Positions 23,902-34,676 of a stretch of DNA of 64,000 nucleotides are shown here, one piece after another; position 1 is the stretch's first letter; the number at the start of each line of letters is the position of its first letter. The stretch is taken from the NCBI GenBank assembly GCA_010093745.1, contig MU005978.1, forward strand, positions 1 through 64,000. Direction: 5' to 3'. Source of the stretch: Piedraia hortae CBS 480.64. Lineage: Eukaryota. The notes under the pieces were generated by a model that saw only the letters and a program-made list of their open reading frames with translations, was not told the DNA's origin and did not search any database. Both the position numbers and the translations under genes were made by a program.

Positions 23902-25229
23902 CTACATAACCATTGTCTCGATGCTGCCTACTGGGCGGCTTGCAAAGGACACACAGCCGCTGACAATTCCATCCCTTGCTGACGGGGAGCTTACTTTGCT
24001 CCCGGCCAAATATCCCAGCCAGATCAAACGGGAGACTCGCTGATCTGGCACAGTTCCCATGTACTCCACTGGTCTCTCCTGTTTGTCCCACTTGGGCTGG
24101 TACATCACATTCAGTGCACCATTGTCGTCTCGATTGAGAATGAGCACAGAGCCCTATGTTCCCCATTAGCAATGTTCCCTTCTCGTCCTCACTGTAGACA
24201 TACCTTGGGTGCCTTTCTACCAGTGAATATGCTCTTCAGTTTCTGTATTGCTTGACCAAAATCTTCCGAGTCATATTCAGTCTCTTGACCTTGTACCTCG
24301 CTTCGAGCTTCAGCCTTCCGTGCATTGATACTTGTAACGAAACCATCTCGCAGGTGGGAGAAGTCGGTGCTGCGGGTTGGAGTGATCCGGAAAGCTGTCT
24401 TGATGCCCGGAGTCTTCAATAGCTCCATCCATATTTGACGGCTCTCGACCGGGTCTAGGAGTCTTTTCTCTAGCTGCTCCTTCTCTGCGGGTATCAGCGT
24501 TGATGCATTTTCGTTGACAATGCGGATGAGTTTTGACTGCAGCGCACTGATATCCTCGGTGCGAATGTACATGCCGACGACGTAGACTTGGAAGTAGAAG
24601 ACTGTGCGGATGCCCAGCCCGATGAGTGTATATCCTTCCTGGGGGCCATTCACGCCCTGGTCGGGGGAGCATGGCAACTCAATAGTTCTTGGAAAGTGAG
24701 GCACGTAGCTTGTTCCCGTTTCCACGAGCTCAAGCTCGTCGCCATTGGGGCCCTGAGCCACGATTCTCTTCCCATCCCCAGCTCCGACCACGTGCACCTC
24801 TTTGCCTTGAAACTTCAGGTTGCCATCCTCTGGGGCTTCCATCTGATAGCTTCCGTGCTTCTGTTGTTCCCTGAGCCTCTGTTGGTTCTTCTCAGCCTCT
24901 ACATTGATCCTCCAGCAGACAACTGCTATGCCGACGATGCATCCTGTTAGGCCAATGAGTGCAAACCGCGTTCGCCGCGCATAATACGCCCGTTCTTCCT
25001 CCCATGGATTTATTGTATTCACATAGGGATTCTGGGGGCCTGACGTTGATTCCTTGGCTTCAACACCAAGCGACGAGGCCCATGATCGTGCCGCGCTGGC
25101 ATGTCTCGCCGGGTCGCTATAGCGGGTGGACAAAAGACGCCATTGACAGGACGAGGTTGAAACGCTACTCCGAACGGTCTGCAAGCGTGGGGACAGAAGG
25201 CGCATCGTCTGGCGTGTTGGAGCCGTCAT
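23902..25229 (-). CDS. AIM18: Mitochondrial chalcone-isomerase-fold protein (Aim18/Aim46-like); exons 25229-24204, 24153-23902
   Basis: Arg/Ser-rich presequence, one TM segment, then VPHFP, YTLIGLGIRTV..FQVYVVGMYI, RITPTR.TDF.HLRDG and IWLGYL.G....S. Confidence 0.8.
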
Positions 25230-25311
25230 TGACCTTGAGTGGCCCGAATAGGAAGGAAGAAGTTACAGGGTCCGTGCACAGCGGGCATCGAATCACAGAC
25301 ACTATAGACGT

Positions 25312-26228
25312 CTAAAACTGAACATCGCCTCCGGCAGGTTGACCCTCGCCCGTTTCATCCAGCTGCTCTTCCCCCTGTAGGTCGTGCTGTTGTTGTTGTT
25401 GTTGTTGCTGTTGCTGCTGCTGCTGGGCGTTAAACGCCTGTGTAGGCTTTGGTCCGTAGTCCTGCGAGCTGGGCTCGACAATCGGCTGTTCCTCCTTGGG
25501 CTCGATGACTGTGACCGAGTCGGGGAGGCTCTTTGCACCGGATTTCTCGCCAGCTGGATCATTGGGCGAGTTGGAAGCACGCATAATCTTGACTTTGATA
25601 CCAAGCACACCCTGACGAAGTAGGACGTGTCGGGTAGCGGAATCGATAAAGTCGCGTGCCGGTTGACCAGAATGGATCATGAAGCCGTCGGTAAACTTCA
25701 TCGACTTGGCGCGAGCTGCACGCAGCTTGCCCGAAACGACAACCTCACAGCCCTTGGCGCCAGACTCCATGATGAAACGGAGGACACCGTAGCAAGCCCT
25801 GCGGACGGCAAGGCCGTTGAGAAGCTTGTAGCGGAGCGATTCGCACTGAGCAACGGCCGAGAGACCGCGCGATTGCACCTTTGCGGCATAGAGAGAGACT
25901 GAGTCCGGAGGGAAACGGAAGCGGTGAGTGATCAGGCTAGTAAGCTGTCACAGTTAGACTTGTTTCTTTCTGCATTATTGCATGACCTCACCTCGCGGAT
26001 CCGGCGGCCCTGCTCACCCAGCACCTCCTGCGTATGGGTCGCACGAATGATGATGTCGGTTACAGTAGGCGTGACGCGGACTTCAACACCCGAGTAACCC
26101 TCCTCGGCCAGCTCACGCTGGAAAAACTCGTTCAATTCGGCATAGAACACGCCGTCCGCGACGAACTTGCGGCGCTTGGAGATGTTCGAGCCGCTCAGCG
26201 CCTGAGCGGGAGCTTCGGTCCTCTGCAT
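25312..26228 (-). CDS. RPS3: 40S ribosomal protein S3 (uS3); exons 26228-25992, 25944-25312
   Basis: [51 protein letters not shown] and [14 protein letters not shown]. Confidence 0.96.
25387..25425. repeat. CAG/CAA microsatellite encoding Q13 in the RPS3 tail
   Basis: 39-nt trinucleotide tract visible directly. Confidence 0.85.
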
Positions 26229-26504
26229 GATTTCGGTAGCCAGTGAGGGGTAGGAGGTCTGCTAGATTAGCTTCTGTTGGCAACCAGCCTTTGCTGCAAT
26301 TTAAAAGCTGTTACCTACCTCGATCTCCTCGGTAGCAGTACTGGAAGATGTGGCAGCGTTTTCCTGGGAGCAGTGGATTTGATTTTGGGTGTGCAAGCGG
26401 AAACAGCCCCGCAAGTCTTGGCAACGGCCCGAGCCGCACCAACCTCACCTCATCTGTCCAACACCTGGCCGCTGATGACTGAGCCATGTAGAGAACCACC
26501 TACC

Positions 26505-29500
26505 ATGTCTTCCACTTTGCCCGATGACCAGTCCATATATCAGTCTGCTCTCCAGCCTGTTGAGCGGCAGCTCGATCTGATACCAGTAATATTGAAAGAA
26601 GCCGCCCTGGACTCCCCTACGTTCCGTGCCACTGTCCTCCACTTCGGAGACCAACTTGATCTTGTCGAACGTTGGCTTGAGGCATATGTGAGAACGTCGA
26701 GCCCGGTGGCTACCCACGTCAATGCCCTTGAGCGGTTGGTGAACGATTTATTGTCACAAAGTGTCCCAACCCCTTCTATCGGTGAAGCCGTCATCGACCA
26801 TGACTATACATTGCTAGCAGTTCGTGGATACGGTGAATCGATGAGGGAGTTTTGGCAAGGTGTCCTTCGAGGGTCCAGGAAACATGAGAGTTTGGTCGTG
26901 GAGCCCATAAAGGCTTTCCTAGCCAACGATCTCAAGGGATTCAAAGAAACACGGCGCGCACTAGAGGCAACTCAAAAGGCATTCGACACGATCTTAACCA
27001 AATACCTGGCCCAGACCAAGGTCAAAGAGGCTAGCAGCCAGCGCGAGGATGCTTTCCAGTTGCATGAAGCCAGAAAAGCATATATCAAGGCAAGTATGGA
27101 CTTTTGTGTGATTGCTCCTCAGGTAAAGGTCAGCCTGGATAAACTACTTGTTCGCGTGTCTTCCGACCACTGGAGGGACATGCGTAGCGCGGAAGAAGCA
27201 AGCACGCTTTCGCTGGCCAAATGGGCCTCCGAGATGGACAGGGTGTGTGGCTGGGCCAAGGAGATGGAGAATTCCGAGCGAGCATTCAAGCGTGAGCTTT
27301 TGACTGCCCGACGTCAGATAGAAGAGTCTGTCAACGCCACCACAAGGCCCAGTAGGGAACTAGACGACTATGCCGTAAGCCCACTGCCACTATTAGCTAC
27401 GGGCTCCAACCCTGTTACTCCCAATCAGATTCCCAAACCCAGCGAAAAGCAGGGGTGGCTCTTGCAAAAGACAATTGTTGGAAGGTCGCAAACCCGCACT
27501 GTTTGGGTTCGACGGTGGTTCTTTGTTAAGAATGGCATATTCGGTTGGTTGATTCAAGGACAGCGGTCTACTGGCGTTGAAGAGAGCGAGAAGATTGGGG
27601 TTCTACTCTGCTCCATCCGCCCTGCTTCTCAAGAAGAGCGTCGATTCTGCTTCGAGATCAAGACAAAGGATTCTAGTCTAATCCTGCAGGCCACCACCCA
27701 AAACGAAGTATCCGATTGGATCTCAGCCTTTGAATCTGCCAAAAGAAAAGCACTCGAGGATCCAGCAGTGGGTTCAGGGGAGTCAAGGTATCCGACAGGA
27801 ATTGATCCAGCCTTTGCCGTCACTCCTCCGATCTCTGCGGAGTTCGCGGCAAAGGTTGGGGATGGACCGTTAGCAGAGGAAGCGGGAGCTGGTGACGGTG
27901 CCATTGGTGGCACAAGCCTGGATGGGCCAACCAGCCCACTGCCAGTGGCACGGCGAGTCCTTTCTAACGAGAGAGCGGAAGGTGAAGGTGGCGGAAGTAA
28001 CCGAGAACGCATCATGCAAAAGTTCGATATCAGAGGACGCGGAACTGTCAGTCCTTCATTGGGATCAATTATGACGAGTCCGAGTGGCGGGATTGCCAAT
28101 TTGATTTCTGCAAGTCATAGCATCTTACCAGTGGGAACCAGTGTTCAGTCGGAAATTGGGTTAGGGCTGAAGAAGCCTTCTCCCTCGCCTAGCAGCAGTC
28201 TAGCACCACCTACACTAGCTAGTCCGCCTACGCCGACGAGTCTAAGTCATGCTGCTGTTATCCTCAGCGGTGAAAGAGAGCTGGGCCTTGCACGAGGAAG
28301 CGATGGAAGTGGTGTTCCAAGTGGTGTTATGGCCAATCTCTGGGGCAGCAGCAACTGGGGTCATGTCTGTCGTTTGGCCGACACTCACCAGCCCCAGTTG
28401 CTTTCCAATCCAATCCTTCAAGTATCAGGAAAGAGCCATGATGACAGTGAGATTGCCACCACAGACCTGCAGAGTTCCCTGGCCGGCACTGGCCACCGCC
28501 ACGCTGTCAGCTCAGATGGTCCCGCTTCAGCTCGAGATGAGGTCATTGAAGACATTGGGGCCTTTCCCAAGGCGTATCCGTTGACGTTGAAGGCGCAACA
28601 AGCCCAGTTCCGGATACTGTTTTCCTCTGTGGATCCGTCTGAGAAGGTCATTATGGTGTTTAGGGCAATGTGGAACCCGACTGAACAGCAGAGCTTTCCG
28701 GGCCGAGTCTATGTGACCACAAAGGCAATTTACTTTTACAGCAACTATCTCGGCCTTGTGCTCGTCACGGCTATTAGCCTTGGTGTAGTCAATGAGGTGA
28801 CGGCAGCCCCAGGAAGGGACTGTGACTTCCTGTATCTTCATCTCAAGGAAAGAACCAAACAGCGTGCAGGACGACTGACAATCAAGGTTTTTCTTGAGCC
28901 GCTGAGGCTTCTCCAGCGCAGGCTTAGCTACGTCGCACACAATTTCCAATCACAAATACCGGATGGATTGGATAGAGTGATTGAGACCTTGCTCAAGATG
29001 GAAACCCAGACGCTCCAGCGTAGCTCCAGTGCTGAAAGCTGGGAAGATGTTGCCTTCGAAATCAGCAAAGGCCACCGGCAAAAGGACATCAAAGCCAGTC
29101 TTCGGATCGATGGTACCCTCTATAATGATCCTTCACGCCCCGGCAGAGAAGTGCAGAGGTTTAAGCTGCCCGCCCATCCTGTCGTTTATGCACCCAAGAA
29201 TATGCATAGTAAAAGTGTTGAAAGAGCATTTCAAGTCAGCGCCAAAGCTCTTTTCCACGTCATCTTCGGCGATAAAAGTGTCGTCTTCCAGTTACTCCAC
29301 AGTAATGGTTGGGCTCGCGAGATTGTGCAAATGCCCTGGATCGTAACACCTGAAAGTAACATCTGGACCAGGACGTTGAAAACACCAGGGCCTCGTGGAC
29401 CTATCGTGCTTGGACAATCGATCGACATAATCAACGACCACCTTTGCTATGTAGTCACCGCTACCCCAAACCTTTGGTGGCTGCCATACTGCTCCCGCAT

Positions 29501-30467
29501 GGCACCCATAACGAAGATTGTAATCACGCATGCCGCCAAATCGAAGTGCAAGCTTGCGATATATGAGCAGATTAACTGGACAAAGCCGCCGCGCCTGGCC
29601 TACCTCCGACGTCTAGTGGAGCGCATATCACTCAATCATCTCGAAGCTGATGCGCTGGATCTAACGAACGTTGCCATGGATCAAGTCAGCAAGCTCGGCC
29701 ACCACAGCAAGACGAATGGCGCCATTGAGATATTTGGCAGTATCGGAAAGCAGACCCAGCCTGTGACGTTAGACGCCGCTGCACTGAGCCGTATGGGAGG
29801 CCCCGGTGTCAAGCCGCGCAAGAGGCTCAGCATGCTTCGGCTAATTGTAGATGACCTTGGTACCAAGGTATTATCAGCATTTGGTTGGCTTCTGGATGTG
29901 ATGATGGCATTGGGTAAAGGTATCATCAACATGCTTACCACAAACATATTTTTGGTGGCCCTATTGGCATTTAGCATGCTATACAACAGCTGGCACACTT
30001 ACCGAGACGGATTACAATGGTGGCACGAAAGATCTGCAGCGAAATTCATGGTGCGCGTGGGAGTCAAACCCAGCACCGTCATGAGCAAAGCAGTTTACCT
30101 CGCCGACATGGACGAGTTAATCAAAAATTGCTCAATCGCGACCCTACCAGCAGACACAGAGAGCAAATGCTGGAAAACCTTTCAACAAGAAGCCACCTTA
30201 CCCGTGCCAAGCGGCTCCCCCGGTCGACTACAGAAGACGCGGACCTCACTCGCACAGTATAGACACGACCTTTTGGTGGCGCTCCGCGTGCTAAACCGCG
30301 TTGAGGGTGATGTTCTGGGGGCCGAATGGGCGCAGTGGGTGTCGGAGGAGAAGCGCAAGTGTAAGCAAGTAGAAGGGATGCTGAGTCAAATCCGCGAGGG
30401 CTTTGGAGTGGAAGAGGTGGGAGAAGAGCTTGCAGCTTACTGCCAGAGTTGTAGAGAAGTTGCATAA
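26505..30467 (+). CDS. SIP3: Sip3/Lam1-type sterol transfer protein (BAR-PH-GRAM-StART-like-TM); alternative ATG at 26475
   Basis: LKEAALDSPTFRA (BAR), KQGWL...WVRRWFFVKNGIFGWL and ERRFCFEIKT (PH), PGRVYVT...YFYS (GRAM), SAKALFHV.FGDKS (StART-like), then a C-terminal TM segment. Confidence 0.9.
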   Translation: MSSTLPDDQSIYQSALQPVERQLDLIPVILKEAALDSPTFRATVLHFGDQLDLVERWLEAYVRTSSPVATHVNALERLVNDLLSQSVPTPSIGEAVIDHDYTLLAVRGYGESMREFWQGVLRGSRKHESLVVEPIKAFLANDLKGFKETRRALEATQKAFDTILTKYLAQTKVKEASSQREDAFQLHEARKAYIKASMDFCVIAPQVKVSLDKLLVRVSSDHWRDMRSAEEASTLSLAKWASEMDRVCGWAKEMENSERAFKRELLTARRQIEESVNATTRPSRELDDYAVSPLPLLATGSNPVTPNQIPKPSEKQGWLLQKTIVGRSQTRTVWVRRWFFVKNGIFGWLIQGQRSTGVEESEKIGVLLCSIRPASQEERRFCFEIKTKDSSLILQATTQNEVSDWISAFESAKRKALEDPAVGSGESRYPTGIDPAFAVTPPISAEFAAKVGDGPLAEEAGAGDGAIGGTSLDGPTSPLPVARRVLSNERAEGEGGGSNRERIMQKFDIRGRGTVSPSLGSIMTSPSGGIANLISASHSILPVGTSVQSEIGLGLKKPSPSPSSSLAPPTLASPPTPTSLSHAAVILSGERELGLARGSDGSGVPSGVMANLWGSSNWGHVCRLADTHQPQLLSNPILQVSGKSHDDSEIATTDLQSSLAGTGHRHAVSSDGPASARDEVIEDIGAFPKAYPLTLKAQQAQFRILFSSVDPSEKVIMVFRAMWNPTEQQSFPGRVYVTTKAIYFYSNYLGLVLVTAISLGVVNEVTAAPGRDCDFLYLHLKERTKQRAGRLTIKVFLEPLRLLQRRLSYVAHNFQSQIPDGLDRVIETLLKMETQTLQRSSSAESWEDVAFEISKGHRQKDIKASLRIDGTLYNDPSRPGREVQRFKLPAHPVVYAPKNMHSKSVERAFQVSAKALFHVIFGDKSVVFQLLHSNGWAREIVQMPWIVTPESNIWTRTLKTPGPRGPIVLGQSIDIINDHLCYVVTATPNLWWLPYCSRMAPITKIVITHAAKSKCKLAIYEQINWTKPPRLAYLRRLVERISLNHLEADALDLTNVAMDQVSKLGHHSKTNGAIEIFGSIGKQTQPVTLDAAALSRMGGPGVKPRKRLSMLRLIVDDLGTKVLSAFGWLLDVMMALGKGIINMLTTNIFLVALLAFSMLYNSWHTYRDGLQWWHERSAAKFMVRVGVKPSTVMSKAVYLADMDELIKNCSIATLPADTESKCWKTFQQEATLPVPSGSPGRLQKTRTSLAQYRHDLLVALRVLNRVEGDVLGAEWAQWVSEEKRKCKQVEGMLSQIREGFGVEEVGEELAAYCQSCREVA

Positions 30468-31130
30468 GAGATACCCTTGTTATTTTGTACATATAATTCA
30501 ACCCAGGAGAGACTGTACTCTTGAAATATGACCCTTTCGATCACTGTGACTGATGGGAATTGGAATTCTGGAAAGGCTTGACTCAAGGCCATGCCTATGT
30601 CTGCCAGAGTCGAGGGCGAAGACGGTGGGTAGGATGTGTATCGAACAACATTTGAGAAAAGGTGGGGATTCTGCTTGGATGTTTTTGAGGCTTGCAAATC
30701 TCGATTGCTGTCAGAAAACTCTGACTCAGCGAGTCGTGTCTGCCCTTTCCTGTGTTCCTGAGAGAACGGAGGCACAAGTTGGGATAAATCCACCCAAACC
30801 TCGGCCGGACATGTCTGATAGACATGGCCTTTGATGTGAGACATGGTGTTTCACTTCTGTGATCTGCGGGAAAAAAAAAAGGACTTACAGCAGCGGGGAT
30901 TCCCACGTGGTCACCCACCGTAGTACTAATCCACCGGTTTGCAGCTTAAGTTCAGGAGAGCGGACGGGATCCTCTGTTCTCTGCAACCTATGGCCATAAG
31001 TTTTACACCGTGGATAGATTCAATATATACTCAACGACCTTCACCGCTGCATCCAGTCTTACCTGCCATTGTAATTCTACACGCAGACCTCAAACCCTTA
31101 ACTAAAGCCACAAGCCGACACCTCACCTCA

Positions 31131-31663
31131 TCAAACCTCCAACACCGGACCCACATCTCCATAAACCAGATCGCGCTTGACCCACTCCAAACGCCGAATT
31201 CCCTCCACCTTCTCCCTCTCTTCCAGTCTCCCACAGCACATATCCCAACTACACCCCTTGGGATACTACCCCACCATATCAAACCTACCTCATCTTCAAC
31301 AAGCAGATGCGCCACCCCCGCGGGAATAACAATAACATCACCCCTCTCCACGCAAGCCTCAACCCTCTCAGAAATATCTTCATGTCCAAACAGCAGCCTC
31401 GAAGCACCGCTCGACACGGCCAGTACTTCGTGGGAGGTCGTGTGGAAGTGGCTGGTGGAATACATGGTGCGGCGCCATTGTGATTCGACTTCGCCGATTG
31501 TGTGGAGGTGGTGCTCTATCTCGATGGACCCTGTGGTTGGAGGGAAGGCGGTGTGGTAGATTAATAGGGGTTTGTGTTTGATTGATGTGTTTGGTGTGTT
31601 GCCGTGTGCGGGGATTATGTGGTGGGTTACTTTTAGGTTTTTGAGGAAGGTTGGGTTAGACAT
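31131..31663 (-). pseudogene. Cupin-domain (YjlB-like) gene with a frameshift and a premature stop
   Basis: The frame PN....PLLIYH..F, QWR.TMY..SHFHTTSHEVL, GDVIVIPAGVAH shifts near 31284. It continues as FDMVG*YPKG.SWDMC.G...RD.VYG..GPVL in another frame, with TAG at 31268-31266. Confidence 0.8.
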
Positions 31664-32284
31664 TTGGGGTTTGAAGGTGGTGATGGTTGGTCTGGAGAAG
31701 CAACTGAAAAGCTGCACGTGTTACGGGCTAGCCCTTTCGTCCCATGGTTGGTCCATGGGTGTGGTTCACCAGGCGCGCGCGTACCGCGTACGCATGCGCT
31801 TTCTACGCAGGAGCTCATGAGTATATAGTAGACCCTCTGTTATAATTATGAGTAGATGTGTACCTATGCATACAAGTCTCAACAGAAAACTAGTTGACGT
31901 GTCAAGTCGGGAGCCGAGCGCTGATTACTAATTATGCGCGTAATATACGGCATATTCACAACATCTATAGCTTCCGCACGAGACTCAAATCTGGGTCCGT
32001 GCACACCCTCAGTGCTTCCTTTCACAGCACGGTATACGTTCAAAGGGTTCTTGACCGATTCAAAGCACTAATTGAACGATAGAGCAAAGGCACGATGATC
32101 AACCGTGCACCCTTTTCGGTATAATAACTCAATGATTTGTCGAGCTCTTCAACTGCGATGCTGAACTCTTACTTGAGCTTCAAGTGGCGTAGCGCGGAAC
32201 ACCCCTGCTGCTTACGTAACCACACCTACCTCACCAATCTCAACCTGCCTTCCAACCAACCTCTCCACCCAAACCTCCAAAAAA

Positions 32285-32962
32285 ATGGCCCCAACAAAAC
32301 CCCATACCAAATCCAAAAAATCTTCCCTAAGCAAATCAATTCGCTCCCTCCGCCGCTTACTCGCCACCTCCATCCCCGAAGATGTTCGACGGGAAAAAGA
32401 GCGCGCATTAGCTATCGCAGAACGAGAACTGAACTCTTCAAACACCTCGAGAGAAAAATCCCGCATGATAGGAAAGTGGCACAAAGTGCGGTTTTTTGAG
32501 AGAAGAAAAGCTGAGAGGAGGTTGAAAAGGGTTGTTAAGGAGGGGGGCACAGAGGAGGAGGTTCGCGATGCGAAGGTTGATGTTAGCTATGCGTTATACT
32601 TTCCGTTGATGAGAGATTATGTTCCGCTATATGCGAAAGGGAAGAAGCAGGGGGAGGGGGAGGAGGAAAGCAAAGGGAGGGGGGATGAGAAGATCAGGAA
32701 GTTGGTTGAAAAGGGTATGGATGAGGGGGAGGATGCTCTTAGGGGACTGAGGGATGGGAGGGTCGCAGTTGGGGATGAGGGAGCGAAGGAGAGTGAGGCT
32801 GTTGGGAGAAAGGGTGTCGGGGATGGTGAAGAGAGAAAGGTTGCGCCTATTGTGAAGAAGAGGAAAAGAGCAGATGTGCATGGGAACAGACGCGAAAGGA
32901 GAAAGGCGGCTAAAGAGGAGATCGAGGATGAAGGCGAGAACAGTGATTTTTTTATTGCGTAG
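32285..32962 (+). CDS. EFG1: rRNA-processing protein Efg1 (18S maturation factor, not the Candida transcription factor)
   Basis: IRSLRRLL, MIGKWHKVRFFERRKAERRLKR, VD.SYALYFPL...Y.PLY and a C-terminal acidic DFF. Confidence 0.85.
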   Translation: MAPTKPHTKSKKSSLSKSIRSLRRLLATSIPEDVRREKERALAIAERELNSSNTSREKSRMIGKWHKVRFFERRKAERRLKRVVKEGGTEEEVRDAKVDVSYALYFPLMRDYVPLYAKGKKQGEGEEESKGRGDEKIRKLVEKGMDEGEDALRGLRDGRVAVGDEGAKESEAVGRKGVGDGEERKVAPIVKKRKRADVHGNRRERRKAAKEEIEDEGENSDFFIA

Positions 32963-33747
32963 GAGCGTAAGTCTTTTCTCTGCCAATTATAACCACATGT
33001 GTTGGATCTGTTTCAACGTCGATAGTTCGGTGTGATAATATGGCAATCTGGAGCATTGCTTACTTACTAATACCCCTTACGAGACTAGACTGCCAAATCG
33101 GCAGGGTGTCCCTCTGCCTCCTATTGTCAACTATGTCGTGGGAGTCAAATCGTAGGATATGTAGGCTCAAGCCTCGCCAGCATTTCGCGAGACATGCAAA
33201 AAATGGGAATGCCATTACTCTGCTTTTCTACAATGACCGGTCCATTGCAATACGAAACCGTTGCGAGATGAGGCTTTGCCCAAGGATGAGGTGGCTCTGT
33301 GTTGGAAGCTGGCTGACATGTTTGCTGTCCTGTTCCATCTGTTTAACTCTACACATATCTCATAATTTGAGTTCGTACGCATGAATTTTCGGTTCAAAAT
33401 CAAGAGGTTGGGGAGGGTTATTTCCTGACTGTGGCGAACGTCCATTATGAAAGGGAAAAGAAGCAGAGTATGACCCATTTGTGGAGCGAACATGACGGGG
33501 TCTTGAAAACACAAGGCTGAACGACTTGACGAGAATCAAGGCTGGGCAGAGAAACGGAAAAGATAATGCTAGACTGAGATTTAGCAATGAAATGACGCCT
33601 ATATCTGGAACGTCTTCGGGAGACAGGCTCGGCCCCCTAGAGGCAAGAATGAAGTTATATTGATGTTGAATAATCAAAGACGAGATCCTACATCAAGGGT
33701 GCTGATCAATGTCAATACCCTTTTGCTTCGATCTTGTACCAAGTACC

Positions 33748-33890
33748 TGTTCTAATAAGCAGTGGCACCTTACAGGTGTGTCCGTATATAAGCGTATCTA
33801 TAGCTACACACGAAAATTTCCGAGTACCCGAACCCTGGTCAGGGATGTGGGTCATCACGTGCGGATCGCTCCTTGGCGACCTGCACAACA
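33748..33890 (+). mobile_element. Short solo LTR, family C copy 1 (143 bp), with 5-bp TSD GTACC
   Basis: TGTT...AACA termini, with GTACC at 33743-33747 and 33891-33895. A second copy is inverted at 49237-49379. Confidence 0.88.
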
Positions 33891-34328
33891 GTACCTACTT
33901 AGTTTAGGCTAAATATTAAGCCACTGGGTTAACTGTCTTCACTGCTTTTCACGTTGTTGAGACAAGGCATCTAGCACTTTAATTTCTGGTGACAAGAGTG
34001 AGCAATTCTAATTAGATACAATGAACATATATATGATATTAAACGTGTCAGGGTGCAAATGAGGAGGAATTGCCATGTTGAGGGTCGATTAAGTCTAAAA
34101 TATTTTGCCAGCGCGTCATAAAATCCTCAAAACAAATAGAACGCTAAGCAGAATAGGTCGGGCCGAGCAACCGAGTCGCCCTTGCCCAACTTTCTGTTAT
34201 GCGCTTGGCACGACTTGCAGCAAGTCTCTCTCAACGATTCCTCTCAACAGTGCATTTCCCCAGCACACTTCGTGAGCCAAACCTTTGCTAGTTAGTGTGC
34301 TTTACTGATGACAAAAGGGACTTTTACC

Positions 34329-34676
34329 ATGCGTGGATTCATTTCCGAGGTCTTTGACCTCGTTGGGCACACAGCAGAGAAGGAGACTGAACAGGCCGCT
34401 CGAAAAGCCACTCGGAAGGCTGTCCGCAGATTCGCCTGGAAGGTGAGTACTGGAATTGCCATCATCGCCTTTAAGCACGCAACAGGCGCCGGTGGGGCCA
34501 AGCGCTGCGGTGAGAGTCATGAAGATGACCGCCGCCACTATCGTGACCGCTACGATTGCTACGATTGCCATGATCGCCATGACCACCACCACCGTCACAG
34601 TCATCGCCACAGTTATTCTGAAGGTCACCGTCACCGCGGTGGCCGCAATGCCCATCCTAGATACGGCCGCCATTGA
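34329..34676 (+). CDS. Possible small His/Arg/Asp-rich orphan protein (upstream ATG at 34308)
   Basis: ATG in ACCATG context, followed by a HDRHDHHHRHSHRH tract. A GTGAGT donor at 34443 makes the exon structure uncertain. Confidence 0.3.
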   Translation: MRGFISEVFDLVGHTAEKETEQAARKATRKAVRRFAWKVSTGIAIIAFKHATGAGGAKRCGESHEDDRRHYRDRYDCYDCHDRHDHHHRHSHRHSYSEGHRHRGGRNAHPRYGRH

